DNA from: Euglena gracilis | Lineage: Eukaryota | Reading direction: 5' to 3' | Length of the DNA stretch: 64,000 bases | Assembly: GCA_039621445.1 (NCBI GenBank) | Contig: CP154954.1 | Coordinates: 36,255,703 to 36,319,702, forward strand | Shown here: positions 33,101 to 48,500 of the stretch, piece by piece | How the letters are laid out: every line of letters begins with the position of its first letter | Numbering within the stretch: the first letter of the stretch is position 1 | Made by a program: the position numbers and the translations under genes | Notes under the pieces: generated by a model | What the model was told of the DNA's origin: nothing | Seen by the model: the letters and a program-made list of their open reading frames with translations, nothing else | Databases searched by the model: none

Positions 33101-36100
33101 TTTTGCATGGTAACCTGGGCTGACCTGGTCAACGTCCCCCGGAATGGTCGAATGCACCCATCTAAATGTGCTCATTTCTTGCAACAAACATTCCCAATGC
33201 ATGTTTTTCTTACCATTAAACCACGACAATCATGAACCCAACGGGTCCCCTGACTTTGGAGGCCTCCTGGAACACCCATTCGGTTACTCGGAGTAAGGCC
33301 CAGTTGGGTCCATTTTTACATGGTAACCTGGGCTGACCTGGTCAACGTCCCCCGGAATGGTCGAATGCACCCATCTAAATGTGCTCATTTCTTGCAACCA
33401 ACATTCCAGCTGCATGTTTTTCTTACCATTAAACCACGACAATCATGAAACCAACGGGTCCCCTGACTTTGGAGGCCTCCTGGAACACCCATTCGGTTAC
33501 TCGGAGTCAAGCACAATTTGGTCCATTTTTACATGGTAACCTGGGATGACCTGGTAAATGTCCCCGGAATGGTCGAATGCACCCATCTAAATGTGCTCAT
33601 TTCTTGCAACAAACATTCCCAATGCATGTTTTTCTTACCATTAAACCACGACAATCATGAACCCAACGGGTCCCCTGACTTTGGAGGCCTCCTGGAACAC
33701 CCATTCGGTTACTCGGAGTAAGGCCCACATTGGTTCCATTTTTACATGGTAACCTGGGCTGACCTGGTCAACGTCCCCCGGAATGGTCGAATGCACCCAT
33801 CTAAATGTGCTCATTTCTTGCAACAAACATTCCCAATGCATGTTTTTCTTACCATTAAACCACGACAATCATGAACCCAACGGGTCCCCTGACTTTGGAG
33901 GCCTCCTGGAACACCCATTCGGTTACTCGGAGTAAGGTCCATTTTTACATGGTAACCTGGGCTGACCTGGTCAACGTCCCCCGGAATGGTCGAATGCACC
34001 CATCTAAATGTGCTCATTTCTTGCAACCAACATTCCAGCTGCATGTTTTTCTTACCATTAAACCACGACAATCATGAAACCAACGGGTCCCCTGACTTTG
34101 GAGGCCTCCTGGAACACCCATTCGGTTACTCGGAGTCAAGCACAATTTGGTCCATTTTTACATGGTAACCTGGGATGACCTGGTAAATGTCCCCGGAATG
34201 GTCGAATGCACCCATCTAAATGTGCTCATTTCTTGCAACAAACATTCCCAATTCATGTTTTTCTTACCATTAAACCACGACAATCATGAACCCAACGGGT
34301 CCCCTGACTTTGGAGGCCTCCTGGAACACCCATTCGGTTACTCGGAGTCAAGCACAATTTGGTCCATTTTTACATGGTAACCTGGGATGACCTGGTCAAC
34401 GTCCCCCGGAATGGTCGAATGCACCCATCTAAATGTGCTCATTTCTTGCAACAAACATTCCCAATGAGTGTTTTTCTTACCAGTAAACCACGACAATCAT
34501 GAACCCAACGGGTCCCCTGACTTTGGAGGCCTCCTGGAACACCCATTCGGTTACTCGGAGTAAGGCCCAGTTGGGTCCATTTTTACATGGTAACCTGGGC
34601 TGACCTGGTCAACGTCCCCCGGAATGGTCGAATGCACCCATCTAAATGTGCTCATTTCTTGCAACCAACATTCCAGCTGCATGTTTTTCTTACCATTAAA
34701 CCACGACAATCATGAAACCAACGGGTCCCCTGACTTTGGAGGCCTCCTGGAACACCCATTCGGTTACTCGGAGTAAGGCCCAGTTGGGTCCATTTTTACA
34801 TGGTAACCTGGGCTGACCTGGTCAACGTCCCCCGGAATGGTCGAATACACCCATCTAAATGTGCTCATTTCTTGCAACAAACATTCCCAATGCATTTTTT
34901 TCTTACCATTAAACCACGACAATCATGAACCCAACGGGTCCCCTGACTTTGGAGGCCTCCTGGAACACCCATTCGGTTACTCGGAGTAAGGCCCAGTTGG
35001 GTCCATTTTTACATGGTAACCTGGGCTGACCTGGTCAACGTCCCCCGGAATGGTCGAATGCACCCATCTAAATGTGCTCATTTCTTGCAACCAACATTCC
35101 AGCTGCATGTTTTTCTTACCATTAAACCACGACAATCATGAAACCAACGGGTCCCCTGACTTTGGAGGCCTCCTGGAACACCCATTCGGTTACTCGGAGT
35201 AAGGCCCAGTTGGGTCCATTTTTACATGGTAACCTGGGCTGACCTGGTCAACGTCCCCCGGAATGGTCGAATGCACCCATCTAAATGTGCTCATTTCTTG
35301 CAACAAACATTCCCAATGTATGTTTTTATTACCATTAAACCACGACAATCATGAACCCAACGGGTCCCCTGACTTTGGAGGCCTCCTGGAACACCCATTC
35401 GGTTACTCGGAGTAAGGCCCAGTTGGGTCCATTTTTACATGGTAACCTGGGATGACCTGGTAAATGTCCCCCGGAATGGTCGAATGCACCCATCTAAATG
35501 TGCTCATTTCTTGCAACCAACATTCCCGCTGCATGTTTTTCTTACCATTAAACCACGACAATCATGAAACCAACGGGTCCCCTGACTTTGGAGGCCTCCT
35601 GGAACACCCATTCGGTTACTCGGAGTAAGGCACAATTTGGTCCATTTTTACGTGGTAACCTGGGATGACCTGGTAAATGTCCCCGGAATGGTCGAATGCA
35701 CCCATTAAATGTGCTCATTTCTTGCAACCAACATTCCCGCTGCATGTTTTTCTTACCATTAAACCACGACAATCATGAATCCAACGGGTCCCCTGACTTT
35801 GGAGGCCTCATGGAACACCCATTCGGTTACTCGGGGTAAGGCACAATTTGGTCCATTTTTACACGGTAACCTGGGCTGACCTGGTAAATGTCCCCGGAAT
35901 GGTCGAATGCACCCATCTAAATGTGCTCATTTCTTGCAATCAACATTCCCAATTCATGTTTTTCTTACCATTAAACCACGACAATCATGAACCCAACGGG
36001 TCCCCTGACTTTGGAGGCCTCCTGGAACACCCATTCGGTTACTCGGAGTCAAGCACAATTTGGTCCATTTTTACATGGTAACCTGGGATGACCTGGTCAA

Positions 36101-39100
36101 CGTCCCCCGGAATGGTCGAATGCACCCATCTAAATGTGTTGATTTCTTGCAACCAAGATTCACGCTGCATGTTTTTCTTACCATTAAACCACGATAATCA
36201 TGAAACCAACGGGTCCCCTGACTTTGGAGGCCTCCTGGAACACCCATTCGGTTACTCGCAGTAAGGCACAATTTGGTCCATTTTTACATGGTAACCTGGG
36301 CTGACCTGGTAAATGTCCCCGGAATGGTCGAATGCACCCATTAAATGTGCTCATTTCTTGCAGTCAACATTCCCGCTGCATGTTTTTCTTACCATTAAAC
36401 CACGACAATCATGAATCCAACGGGTCCCCTGACTTTGGAGGCCTCCTGGAACACCCATTCGGTTACTCGGGGTAAGGCACAATTTGGTCCATTTTTACAT
36501 GGTAACCTGGGCTGACCTGGTAAATGTCCCCGGAATGGTCGAATGCACCCATTAAATGTGCTCATTTCTTGCAATCAACATTCCCGCTGCATGTTTTTCT
36601 TACCATTAAACCACGACAATCATGAAACCAACGGGTCCCCTGACTTTGGAGGCCTCCTGGAACACCCATTCGGTTACTCGGAGTCAAGCACAATTTGGTC
36701 CATTTTTACATGGTAACCTGGGATGACCTGGTAAATGTCCCCGGAATGGTCGAATGCACCCATCTAAATGTGCTAATTTCTTGCAACAAACATTCCCAAT
36801 GCATGTTTTTCTTACCATTAAACCACGACAATCATGAACCCAACGGGTCCCCTGACTTTGGAGGCCTCCTGGAACACCCATTCGGTTACTCGGAGTAAGG
36901 CCCAGTTGGGTCCATTTTTACATGGTAACCTGGGCTGACCTGGTCAACGTCCCCCGGAATGGTCGAATGCACCCATCTAAATGTGCTCATTTCTTGCAAC
37001 AAACATTCCCAATGCATGTTTTTCTTACCATTAAACCACGACAATCATGAACCCAACGGGTCCCCTGACTTTGGAGGCCTCCTGGAACACCCATTCGGTT
37101 ACTCGGAGTAAGGCCCAGTTGGGTCCATTTTTACATGGTAACCTGGGCTGACCTGGTCAACGTCCCCCGGAATGGTCGAATGCACCCATCTAAATGTGCT
37201 CATTTCTTGCAACCAACATTCCAGCTGCATGTTTTTCTTACCATTAAACCACGACAATCATGAAACCAACGGGTCCCCTGACTTTGGAGGCCTCCTGGAA
37301 CACCCATTCGGTTACTCGGAGTAAGGCACAATTTGGTCCATTTTTACGTGGTAACCTGGGATGACCTGGTAAATGTCCCCGGAATGGTCGAATGCACCCA
37401 TCTAAATGTGCTCATTTCTTGCAACCAAGATTCACGCTGCATGTTTTTCTTACCATTAAACCACGATAATCATGAAACCAACGGGTCCCCTGACTTTGGA
37501 GGCCTCCTGGAACACCCATTCGGTTACTCGCAGTAAGGCCCAATTTGGTCCATTTTTACATAGTAACCTGGGCTGACCTGGTAAATGTCCCCCGGAATGG
37601 TCGAATGCACCCGTCTAAATGTGCTGATTTCTTGCAACCAACATTCCCGCTGCATGTTTTTCTTACCATTAAACCACGAAAGTCATGAAACCAACGGGCC
37701 CCCTGACTCCTGGAACACCCATTCGGTTACTCGGAGTAAGGCCCAATTTGGTCCATTTTTACATGGTAACCTGGGATGACCTGGTAAATGTCCCCGGAAT
37801 GGTCGAATGCACCCATCTAAATGTGCTCATTTCTTGCAACCAACGTTCCTGCTGCATGTTTTTCTTACCATTAAACCACGACAATCATGAACCCAACGGG
37901 CCCCCTGACTTTGGAGGCCTCCTGGAACACCCATTCGGTTACTCGGAGTAAGGCACAATTTGGTCCATTTTTACATGGTAACCTGGGCTGACCTGGTAAA
38001 TGTCCCCGGAATGGTCGAATGCACCCATTAAATGTGCTCATTTCTTGCAGTCAACATTCCCGCTGCATGTTTTTCCTACCATTAAACCACGACAATCATG
38101 AATCCAACGGGTCCCCTGACTTTGGAGGCCTCCTGGAACACCCATTCGGTTACTCGGGGTAAGGCACAATTTGGTCCATTTTTACATGGTAACCTGGGCT
38201 GACCTGGTAAATGTCCCCGGAATGGTCGAATGCACCCATTAAATGTGCTCATTTCTTGCAATCAACATTCCCGCTGCATGTTTTTCTTACCATTAAACCA
38301 CGACAATCATGAACCCAACGGGTCCCCTGACTTTGGAGGCCTCCTGGAACACCCATTCGGTTACTCGGAGTCAAGCCCAGTTGGGTCCACTTTTACATGG
38401 TAACCTGGGCTGACCTGGTCAACGTCCCCCGGAATGGTCGAATGCACCCATCTAAATGTGCTCATTTCTTGCAACCAACATTCCAGCTGCATGTTTTTCT
38501 TACCATTAAACCACGACAATCATGAACCCAACGGGTCCCCTGACTTTGGAGGCCTCCTGGAACACCCATTCGGTTACTCGGAGTAAGGCACAATTTGGTC
38601 CATTTTTACGTGGTAACCTGGGATGACCTGGTAAATGTCCCCGGAATGGTCGAATGCACCCATCTAAATGTGTTGATTTCTTGCAACCAAGATTCACGCT
38701 GCATGTTTTTCTTACCATTAAACCACGATAATCATGAAACCAACGGGTCCCCTGACTTTGGAGGCCTCCTGGAACACCCATTCGGTTACTCGCAGTAAGG
38801 CCCAATTTGGTCCATTTTTACATAGTAACCTGGGCTGACCTGGTAAATGTCCCCCGGAATGGTCGAATGCACCCATCTAAATGTGCTGATTTCTTGCAAC
38901 CAACATTCCCGCTGCATGTTTTTCTTACCATTAAACCACGACAATCATGAAACCAACGGGCCCCCTGACTTTGGAGGCCTCCTGGAACACCCATTCGGTT
39001 ACTCGGGGTAAGGCACAATTTGGTCCATTTTTACATGGTAACCTGGGCTGACCTGGTAAATGTCCCCGGAATGGTCGAGTGCAACCATCTAAATGTGCTC

Positions 39101-42100
39101 ATTTCTTGCAACAAACATTCCCAATGCATGTTTTTCTTACCATTAAACCACGACAATCATGAACCCAACGGGTCCCCTGACTTTGGAGGCCTCCTGGAAC
39201 ACCCATTCGGTTACTCGGAGTAAGGCCCAGTTGGGTCCATTTTTACATGGTAACCTGGGCTGACCTGGTAAGTGTCCCCCGGAATGGTCGAATGCACCCA
39301 TCTAAATGTGCTCATTTCTTGCAACCAACATTCCCAATGCATGTTTTTCTTAAAATTAAACCACGACAATCATGAAACCAACGGGTCCCCTGACTTTGGA
39401 GGCCTCCTGGAACACCCATTCGATTACTCGGAGTAAGGCCCAATTTGGTCCATTTTTACACGGTAACCTGGGCTGACCTGGTAAATGTCCCCCGGAATGG
39501 TCGAATGCACCCATCTAAATGTGCTCATTTCTTGCAACCAACATTACCGCTGCATGTTTTTCTTACCATTAAACCACGACAATCATGGAAGCAACGGGTC
39601 CCCTGACTTTGGAGGCCTCCTGGAACACCCCTTCGATTACTCGGAGTAAGGCCCAATTTGGTCCATTTTTACATGGTAACCTGGGCTGACCTGGTAAATG
39701 TCCCCCGGAATGGTCGAATGCACCCATCTAAATGTGCTGATTTCTTGCAACCAACAATCCCGCTGCATGTTTTTCTTCCCATTAAACCACGACAATCATG
39801 AACCCAACGGGTCCCCTGACTTTGGAGGCCTCCTGGAACACCCATTCGGTTACTCGGAGTAAGGCCCAATTTGGTCCATTTTTACATGGTAACCTGGGCT
39901 GACCTGGTAAATGTCCCCCGGAATGGTCGAATGCACCCATCTAAATGTGCTCATTTCTTGCAACCAACATTCCCAATGCATGTTTTTCTTACCATTAAAC
40001 CACGACAATCATGAACCCAACGGGTCCCCTGACTTTGGAGGCCTCCTGGAACACCCATTCGGTTACTCGGAGTAATGCCCAATTTGGTCCATTTTTACAT
40101 GTAACCTGGGCTGACCTGGTAAATGTTCCCCGGAATGGTCGAATGCACCCATCTAAATGTGCTGATTACTTGCAACCATCATTCCCGATGCATGTTTTTC
40201 TTACCATTAAACCACGACAATCATGAACCCAACGGGTCCCCTGACTTTGGAGGCCTCCTGGAACACCCATTCGGTTACTCGGAGTAAGGCCCAGTTGGGT
40301 CCATTTTTACATGGTAACCTGGGATGACCTGGTCAACGTCCCCCGGAATGGTCGAATGCACCCATCTAAATGTGCTCATTTCTTGCAACCAACATTCCCG
40401 CTGCATGTTTTTCTTACCATTAAACCACGACAATCATGGAACCAACGGGTCCCCTGACTTTGGAGGCCTCCTGGAACACCCATTCGGTTACTCGGAGTAA
40501 GGCCCAATTTGGTCAATTTTACATGGTAACCTGGGCTGACCTGGTAAATGTTCCCCGGAATGGACGAATGCACCCATCTAAATGTGCTCATTTCTTGCAA
40601 CCAACATTCCCGCTGCATGTTTTTCTTCCCATTAAAACACGACAGTCATGGAACCAACGGGTCCCCTGACTTTGGAGGCCTCCTGGAACACCCATTCGGT
40701 TACTCGGAGTAATGCCCAATTTGGTCCATTTTTACATGTAACCTGGGCTGACCTGGTAAATGTTCCCCGGAATGGTCGAATGCACCCATCTAAATATGCT
40801 GAATTCTTGCAACCAACATTCCCGCTGCATGTCTTCCTTACAATTAAACCACCACGATCATGAAACCAACGGGTCCCCGGACTTTGGAGGCCTCCTGGAA
40901 CACCCATTCGGTTACTCGGAGTAATGCCCAATTTGGTCCATTTTTACATGTAACCTGGGCTGACCTGGTAAATGTTCCCCGGAATGGTCAAATGCACCCA
41001 TCTGAATGTGCTCATTTCTTGCAACCAACATTCCCGCTGCATGTTTTTCTTACCATTAAACCACGACAATCATGGAACCAACGGGTCCCCTGACTTTGGA
41101 GGCCTCCTGGAACACCCATTCGGTTACTCGGAGTAATGCCCAATTTGGTCCGTTTTTACATGTAACCTGGGCTGACCTGGTAAATGTCCCCGGAATGGTC
41201 GAATGCACCCATCTAAATGTGCTCATTTCTTGCAATCAACATTCCCGCTGCATGTTTTTCTTACCATTAAACCACGACAATCATGAACCCAACGGGTCCC
41301 CTGACTTTGGAGGCCTCCTGGAACACCCATTCGGTTACTCGGAGTAAGGCCCAGTTGGGTCCATTTTTACATGGTAACCTGGGATGACCTGGTAAATGTT
41401 CCCCGGAATGGTCGAATGCACCCATCTAAATGTGCTCATTTCTTGCAACCATCATTCCCGATGCATGTTTTTCTTACCATTAAACCACGACAATCATGAA
41501 CCCAACGGGTCCCCTGACTTTGGAGGCCTCCTGGAACACCCATTCGGTTACTCGGAGTAAGGCCCAGTTGGGTCCATTTTTACATGGTAACCTGGGATGA
41601 CCTGGTCAACGTCCCCCGGAATGGTCGAATGCACCCATCTAAATGTGCTCATTTCTTGCAACCAACATTCCCGCTGCATGTTTTTCTTACCATTAAACCA
41701 CGACAATCATGGAACCAACGGGTCCCCTGACTTTGGAGGCCTCCTGGAACACCCATTCGGTTACTCGGAGTAAGGCCCAATTTGGTCAATTTTACATGGT
41801 AACCTGGGCTGACCTGGTAAATGTTCCCCGGAATGGACGAATGCACCCATTAAATGTGCTCATTTCTTGCAACCAACATTCCCGCTGCATGTTTTTCTTC
41901 CCATTAAAACAATACAGTCATGAAACCAACGGGTCCCCTGACTTTGGAGGCCTCCTGGAACACCCATTCGGCTACTCGGAGTAAGGCCCAGTTGGATCCA
42001 TTTATAGATGGGAACCTGGGCTGACCTGGTAAGTGTTCCCCGGAATGGTCGAATGCACCCATCTAAATGTGCTGATTTCTTGCAACCAACATTCCCGCTG

Positions 42101-45100
42101 CATGTTTTTCTTACCATTAAACCACGACAATCATGGAACCAACGGGTCCCCTGACTTTGGAGGCCTCCTGGAACACCCATTCGATTACTCGGAGTAAGGC
42201 CCAATTTGGTCCATTTTTACATGGTAACCTGGGCTGACCTGGTAAATGTTCCCCGGAATGGTCGAATGCACCCATCTAAATATGCTGAATTCTTGCAACC
42301 AACATTCCCGCTGCATGTCTTTCTTACAATTAAACCACGACGATCATGAAACCAACGGGTCCCCGGACTTTGGAGGCCTCCTGGAACACCCATTCGGTTA
42401 CCCGGAGTAATGCCCAATTTGGTCCATTTTTACATGTAACCTGGGCTGACCTGGTAAATGTTCCCCGGAATGGTCGAATGCACCCATCTAAATGTGCTCA
42501 TTTCTTGCAACCATCATTCCCGATGCATGTTTTTCTTACCATTAAACCACGACAATCATGAACCCAACGGGTCCCCTGATTTTGGAGGCCTCCTGGTACA
42601 CCCATTCGGTTACTCGGAGTAAGGCCCAGTTGGGTCCATTTTTACGTGGTAACCTGGGCTGACCTGGTCAACGTCCCCCGGAATGGTCGAATGCACCCAT
42701 CTGAATGTGCTCATTTCTTGCAACCATCATTCCCGATGCATGTTTTTCTTACCATTAAACCACGACAATCATGAACCCAACGGGTCCCCTGACTTTGGAG
42801 GCCTCCTGGAACACCCATTCGGTCACTCGGAGTAAGGCCCAATTTGGTCCATTTTTACACGGTAACCTGGGCTGACCTGGTAAATGTCCCCCGGAATGGT
42901 CGACTGCACCCATCGAAATGTGCTGATTTCTTGCAACCAACATTCCCGCTGCATGTCTTTCTTACAATTAAACCACGACAATCATGAAACCAACGGGTCC
43001 CCTGACTTTGGAGGCCTCCTGGAACACCCATTCGGCTACTCGGAGTAAGGCCCAGTTGGGTCCATTTTTACATGGTAACCTGGGCTGACCTGGTAAGTGT
43101 CCCCCGGAATGGTCGAATGCACCCATCTGAATGTGCTCATTTCTTGCAACCAACATTCCCGCTGCATGTTTTTCTTACAATTAAACCACGACAATCATGG
43201 AACCAACGGGTCCCCTGACTTTGGAGGCCTCCTGGAACACCCATTCGGTTACTCGGAGTGTGGCCGAATTTGGTCCATTTTTACATGGTAACCTGGGCTG
43301 ACCTGGTAAATGTCCCCCGCAACGGTCGAATGCACCCATCTAAATATGCTGATTTCTTGCAACCAACATTCCCGCTGCATGTCCTTCTTACAATTAAACC
43401 ACGACAATCATGAAACCAACGGGTCCCCTGACTTTGGAGGCCTCCTGGAACACCCATTCGGCTACTCGGAGTAAGGCCCAGTTGGGTCCATTTTTACATG
43501 GTAACCTGGGCTGACCTGGTAAGTGTCCCCCGGAATGGTCGAATGCACCCATCTAAATGTGCTCATTTCTCGCAACCAACATTCCCGCTGCATGTTTTTC
43601 ATACCATTAAACCACGACAATCATGGAACCAACGGGTCCCCTGACTTTGGAGGCCTCCTGGAACACCCATTCGGTTACTCGGAGTAAGGCCCAATTTGGT
43701 CCATTTTTACATGGTAACCTGGGCTGACCTGGTAAATGTTCCCCGGAATGGTCGAATGCACCCATCTAAATATGCTGAATTCTTGCAACCAACATTCCCG
43801 CTGCATGTCTTTCTTACAATTAAACCACGACGATCATGAAACCAACGGGTCCCCTGACTTTGGAGGCCTCCTGGAACACCCATTCGGTTACTCGGAGTAA
43901 TGCCCAATTTGGTCCATTTTTACATGTAACCTGGGCTGACCTGGTAAATGTTCCCCGGAATGGTCGAATGCACCCATCTAAATGTGCTCATTTCTTGCAA
44001 CCAACATTCCCGCTGCACGTTTTTCTTACCATTAAACCACGACAATCATGAACCCAACGGGTCCCCTGACTTTGGAGGCCTCCTGGAACACCCATTCGGT
44101 CACTCGGAGTAAGGCCCAGTTGGGTCCATTTTTACACGGTAACCTGGGCTGACCTGGTAAATGTCCCCCGGAATGGTCGACTGCACCCATCGAAATGTGC
44201 TGATTTCTTGCAACCAACATTCCCGCTGCATTTTTTTCTTACAATTAAACCACGACAATCATGAAACCAACGGGTCCCCTGACTTTGGAGGCCTCCTGGA
44301 ACAACCATTCGGCTACTCGGAGTAAGGCCCAGTTGGGTCCATTTTTACATGGTAACCTGGGCTGACCTGGTAAGTGTCCCCCGGAATGGTCGAATGCACC
44401 CATCTGAATGTGCTCATTTCTTGCAACCAACATTCCCGCTGCATGTTTTTCTTACAATTAAACCACGACAATCATGGAACCAACGGGTCCCCTGACTTTG
44501 GAGGCCTCCTGGAACACCCATTCGGTTACTCGGAGTATGGCCGAATTTGGTCCATTTTTACATGGTAACCTGGGCTGACCTGGTAAATGTCCCCCGCAAC
44601 GGTCGAATGCACCCATCTAAATATGCTGATTTCTTGCAACCAACATTCCCGCTGCATGTCTTTCTTACAATTAAACCACGACAATCATGAAACCAACGGG
44701 TCCCCTGACTTTGGAGGCCTCCTGGAACACCCATTCGGCTACTCGGAGTAAGGCCCAGTTGGGTCCATTTTTACATGGTAACCTGGGCTGACCTGGTAAG
44801 TGTCCCCCGGAATGGTCGAATGCACCCATCTAAATGTGCTCATTTCTCGCAACCAACATTCCCGCTGCATGTTTTTCTTACCATTAAACCACGACAATCA
44901 TGGAACCAACGGGTCCCCTGACTTTGGAGGCCTCCTGGAACACCCATTCGGTTACTCGGAGTAAGGCCCAATTTGGTCCATTTTTACATGGTAACCTGGG
45001 CTGACCTGGTAAATGTTCCCCGGAATGGTCGAATGCACCCATCTAAATGTGCCCATTCCTTGCAACCAACATTCTTGCTGCATGTTTTTCTTACTATTAA

Positions 45101-45489
45101 ACCACGACAATCATGAAACCAACGGGTCCCCTGACTTTGGAGGCCTCCTGGAACACCCATTCGGTTACTCGGAGTATGGCCGAATTTGGTCCATTTTTAC
45201 ATGGTAACCTGGGCTGACCTGGTAAATGTCCCCCGCAACGGTCGAATGCACCCATCTAAATATGCTGATTTCTTGCAACCAACATTCCCGCTGCATGTCT
45301 TTCTTACAATTAAACCACGACGGTCACGAAACCAACGGGTCCCCGGACTTTGGAGGCCTCCTGGAACACCCATTCGGTTACTCGGAGTAAGGCACAATTT
45401 GGTCCATTTTTACATGGTAACCTGGGCTGACCTGGTAAATGTCCCCCGCAACGGTCGAATGCACCCATCTAAATATGCTGATTTCTTGC

Positions 45490-45502
45490 GGGGGGGGGGG
45501 GT

Positions 45503-45538
<36 letters not shown>

Positions 45539-45546
45539 CGGGGGGG
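45490..45546 (+). repeat. Poly-G tract (about 57 nt) inserted in a monomer
   Basis: TTCTTGC-(G)n-AAACC-AACCAAGATT; absent from the paralogous monomer at about 47670. Confidence 0.9.
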
Positions 45547-45549
45547 AAA

Positions 45550-48500
45550 CCAACCAAGATTCCCGCTGCATGTTTTTCTTACCATTAAACCACGGCAATA
45601 ATGAACCCAACGGGTCCCCTGACTTTGGAGGCCTCCTGGAACACCCATTCGGCAACTCGGAGTAAGGCCCAGTTGGGTCCATTTTTACATGGTAACCTGG
45701 GCTGACCTGGTAAGTGTCCCCCGGAATGGTCGAATGCCAGCCATCTAAATGTGCTCATTTCTCGCAACCAACATTCCCGCTGCATGTTTTTCATACCATT
45801 AAACCACGACAATCATGGAACCAACGGGTCCCCTGACTTTGGAGGCCTCCTGGAACACCCATTCGGTTACTCGGAGTAAGGCCCAATTTGGTCCATTTTT
45901 ACATGGTAACCTGGGCTGACCTGGTAAATGTTCCCCGGAATGGTCGAATGCACCCATCTAAATGTGCCCATTCCTTGCAACCAACATTCCTGCTGCATGT
46001 GTTTCTTACCATTAAACCACGACAATCATGGAACCAACGGGTCCCCTGACTTTGGAGGCCTCCTGGAACACCCATTCGGTTACTCGGAGTATGGCCGAAT
46101 TTGGTCCATTTTTACATGGTAACCTGGGCTGACCTGGTAAATGTCCCCCGCAACGGTCGAATGCACCCATCTAAATATGCTGATTTCTTGAAACCAACAT
46201 TCCCGCTGCATGTCTTTCTTACAATTAAACCACGAAGGTCACGAAACCAACGGGTCCCTGGACTTTGGAGGCCTCCTGGAACACCCATTCGGTTACTCGG
46301 AGTAAGGCACAATTTGGTCCATTTTTACAGGGTAACCTGGGACGACCTGGTAAATGTCCCCGGAATGGTCGAATGCACCCATCTAAACGTGCTGATTTCT
46401 TGCAACCAACATTCCCGCTGCATGTTTTTCTTACCATTAAACCACGACAATCATGGAACCAACGGGTCCCCTGACTTTGGAGGCCTCCTGGAACACCCAT
46501 TCGGCTACTCGGAGTAATGCCCAATTTGGTCCGTTTTTACATGGTAACCTGGGCTGACCTGGTAAATGTTCCCCGGAATGGTCGAATGCACCCATCTAAA
46601 TGTGCTCATTTCTTGCAACCAACATTCCCGCTGCATGTTTTTCTTACTATTAAACCATGAGAATCATGAAACCAACGGGTCCCCTGACTTTGGAGGCCTC
46701 CTGAAACACCCATTCGGTTACTCGGAGTAAGGCCCAATTTGGTCCATTTTTACATGGTAACCTGGGCTGACCTGGTAAATGTCCCCCGGAATGGTCGAAT
46801 GCACCCATCTAAATGTGCTCATTTATTGCAACCAACGTCCCCGCTGCATGTTATTCTTACCATTAAACCACGACAATCATGAAACCAACGTGTCCCCGGA
46901 CTTTGGAGGTCTCCTGGAAAACCCATCCGGTTACTCGGAGTAAGGCACAATTTGGTCCATTTTTACATGGTAACCTGGGCTGACCTGGTAAATGTCCCCG
47001 GAATGGTCGAATGCACCCATCTAAATGTGCTCATTTCTTGCAACCAACACTCCCGCTGCATGTTTTTCTTACCACTAAACCACGATAATCATCGGGTCCC
47101 CTGACTTTGGAGGCCTCCTGGAACACCCATTCGGTTACTCGGAGTAAGGCCCAATTTGGTCCATTTTTACGTGGTATCCTGGGCTGACCTGGTAAATGTC
47201 CCCCGTATTGGACGGATGCACCCATCTAAATGTGCTCATTTCTTGCAACCAACATTCCAGCTGCATGTTTTTCTTACCATTAAACCACGACAATCATGAA
47301 ACCAACGGGTCCCCTGACTTTGGAGGCATCCTGGAACACCCATTCGGTTACTCGGAGTAAGGCCCAATTTGGTCCATTTTTACATGGTAACCTGGGCTGA
47401 CCTGGTAAATGTCCCCCGGCTTGGTCGAATGCACCCATCTAAATGTGCTGATTACTTGCAACCAACATTCCCGCTGCATGTGTTTCTTACCGTTAAACCA
47501 CAACAATCATGAAACCAACGGGTCCCCTGACTTTGGAGGCCTCCTGGAACACCCATTCGATTACTCGGAGTAAGGCCCAATTTGGTCCATTTTTACACGG
47601 TAACCTGGGCTGACCTGGTAAATGTCCCCCGGAATGGTCGAATGCACCCATCTAAATATGCTGATTTCTTGCAACCAAGATTCCCGCTGCATGTTTTTCT
47701 TACCATTAAACCACGGCAATAATGAACCCAACGGGTCCCCTGACTTTGGAGGCCTCCTGGAACACCCATTCGGCAACTCGGAGTAAGGCCCAGTTGGGTC
47801 CATTTTTACATGGTAACCTGGGCTGACCTGGTAAGTGTCCCCCGGAATGGTCGAATGCCAGCCATCTAAATGTGCTCATTTCTCGCAACCAACATTCCCG
47901 CTGCATGTTTTTCATACCATTAAACCACGACAATCATGGAACCAACGGGTCCCCTGACTTTGGAGGCCTCCTGGAACACCCATTCGGTTACTCGGAGTAA
48001 GGCCCAATTTGGTCCATTTTTACATGGTAACCTGGGCTGACCTGGTAAATGTTCCCCGGAATGGTCGAATGCACCCATCTAAATGTGCCCATTCCTTGCA
48101 ACCAACATTCCTGCTGCATGTGTTTCTTACCATTAAACCACGACAATCATGGAACCAACGAGTCCCCTGACTTTGGAGGCCTCCTGGAACACCCATTCGG
48201 TTACTCGGAGTATGGCCGAATTTGGTCCATTTTTACATGGTAACCTGGGCTGACCTGGTAAATGTCCCCCGCAACGGTCGAATGCACCCATCTAAATATG
48301 CTGATTTCTTGAAACCAACATTCCCGCTGCACGAAGGTCACGAAACCAACGGGTCCCTGGACTTTGGAGGCCTCCTGGAACACCCATTCGGTTACTCGGA
48401 GTAAGGCACAATTTGGTCCATTTTTACAGGGTAACCTGGGCTGACCTGGTAAATGTCCCCGGAATGGTCGAATGCACCCATCTAAACGTGCTGATTTCTT

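Noticed and set aside
45186-45682. Poly-Gly and poly-Pro ORFs
   Set aside because: Produced by the poly-G tract.
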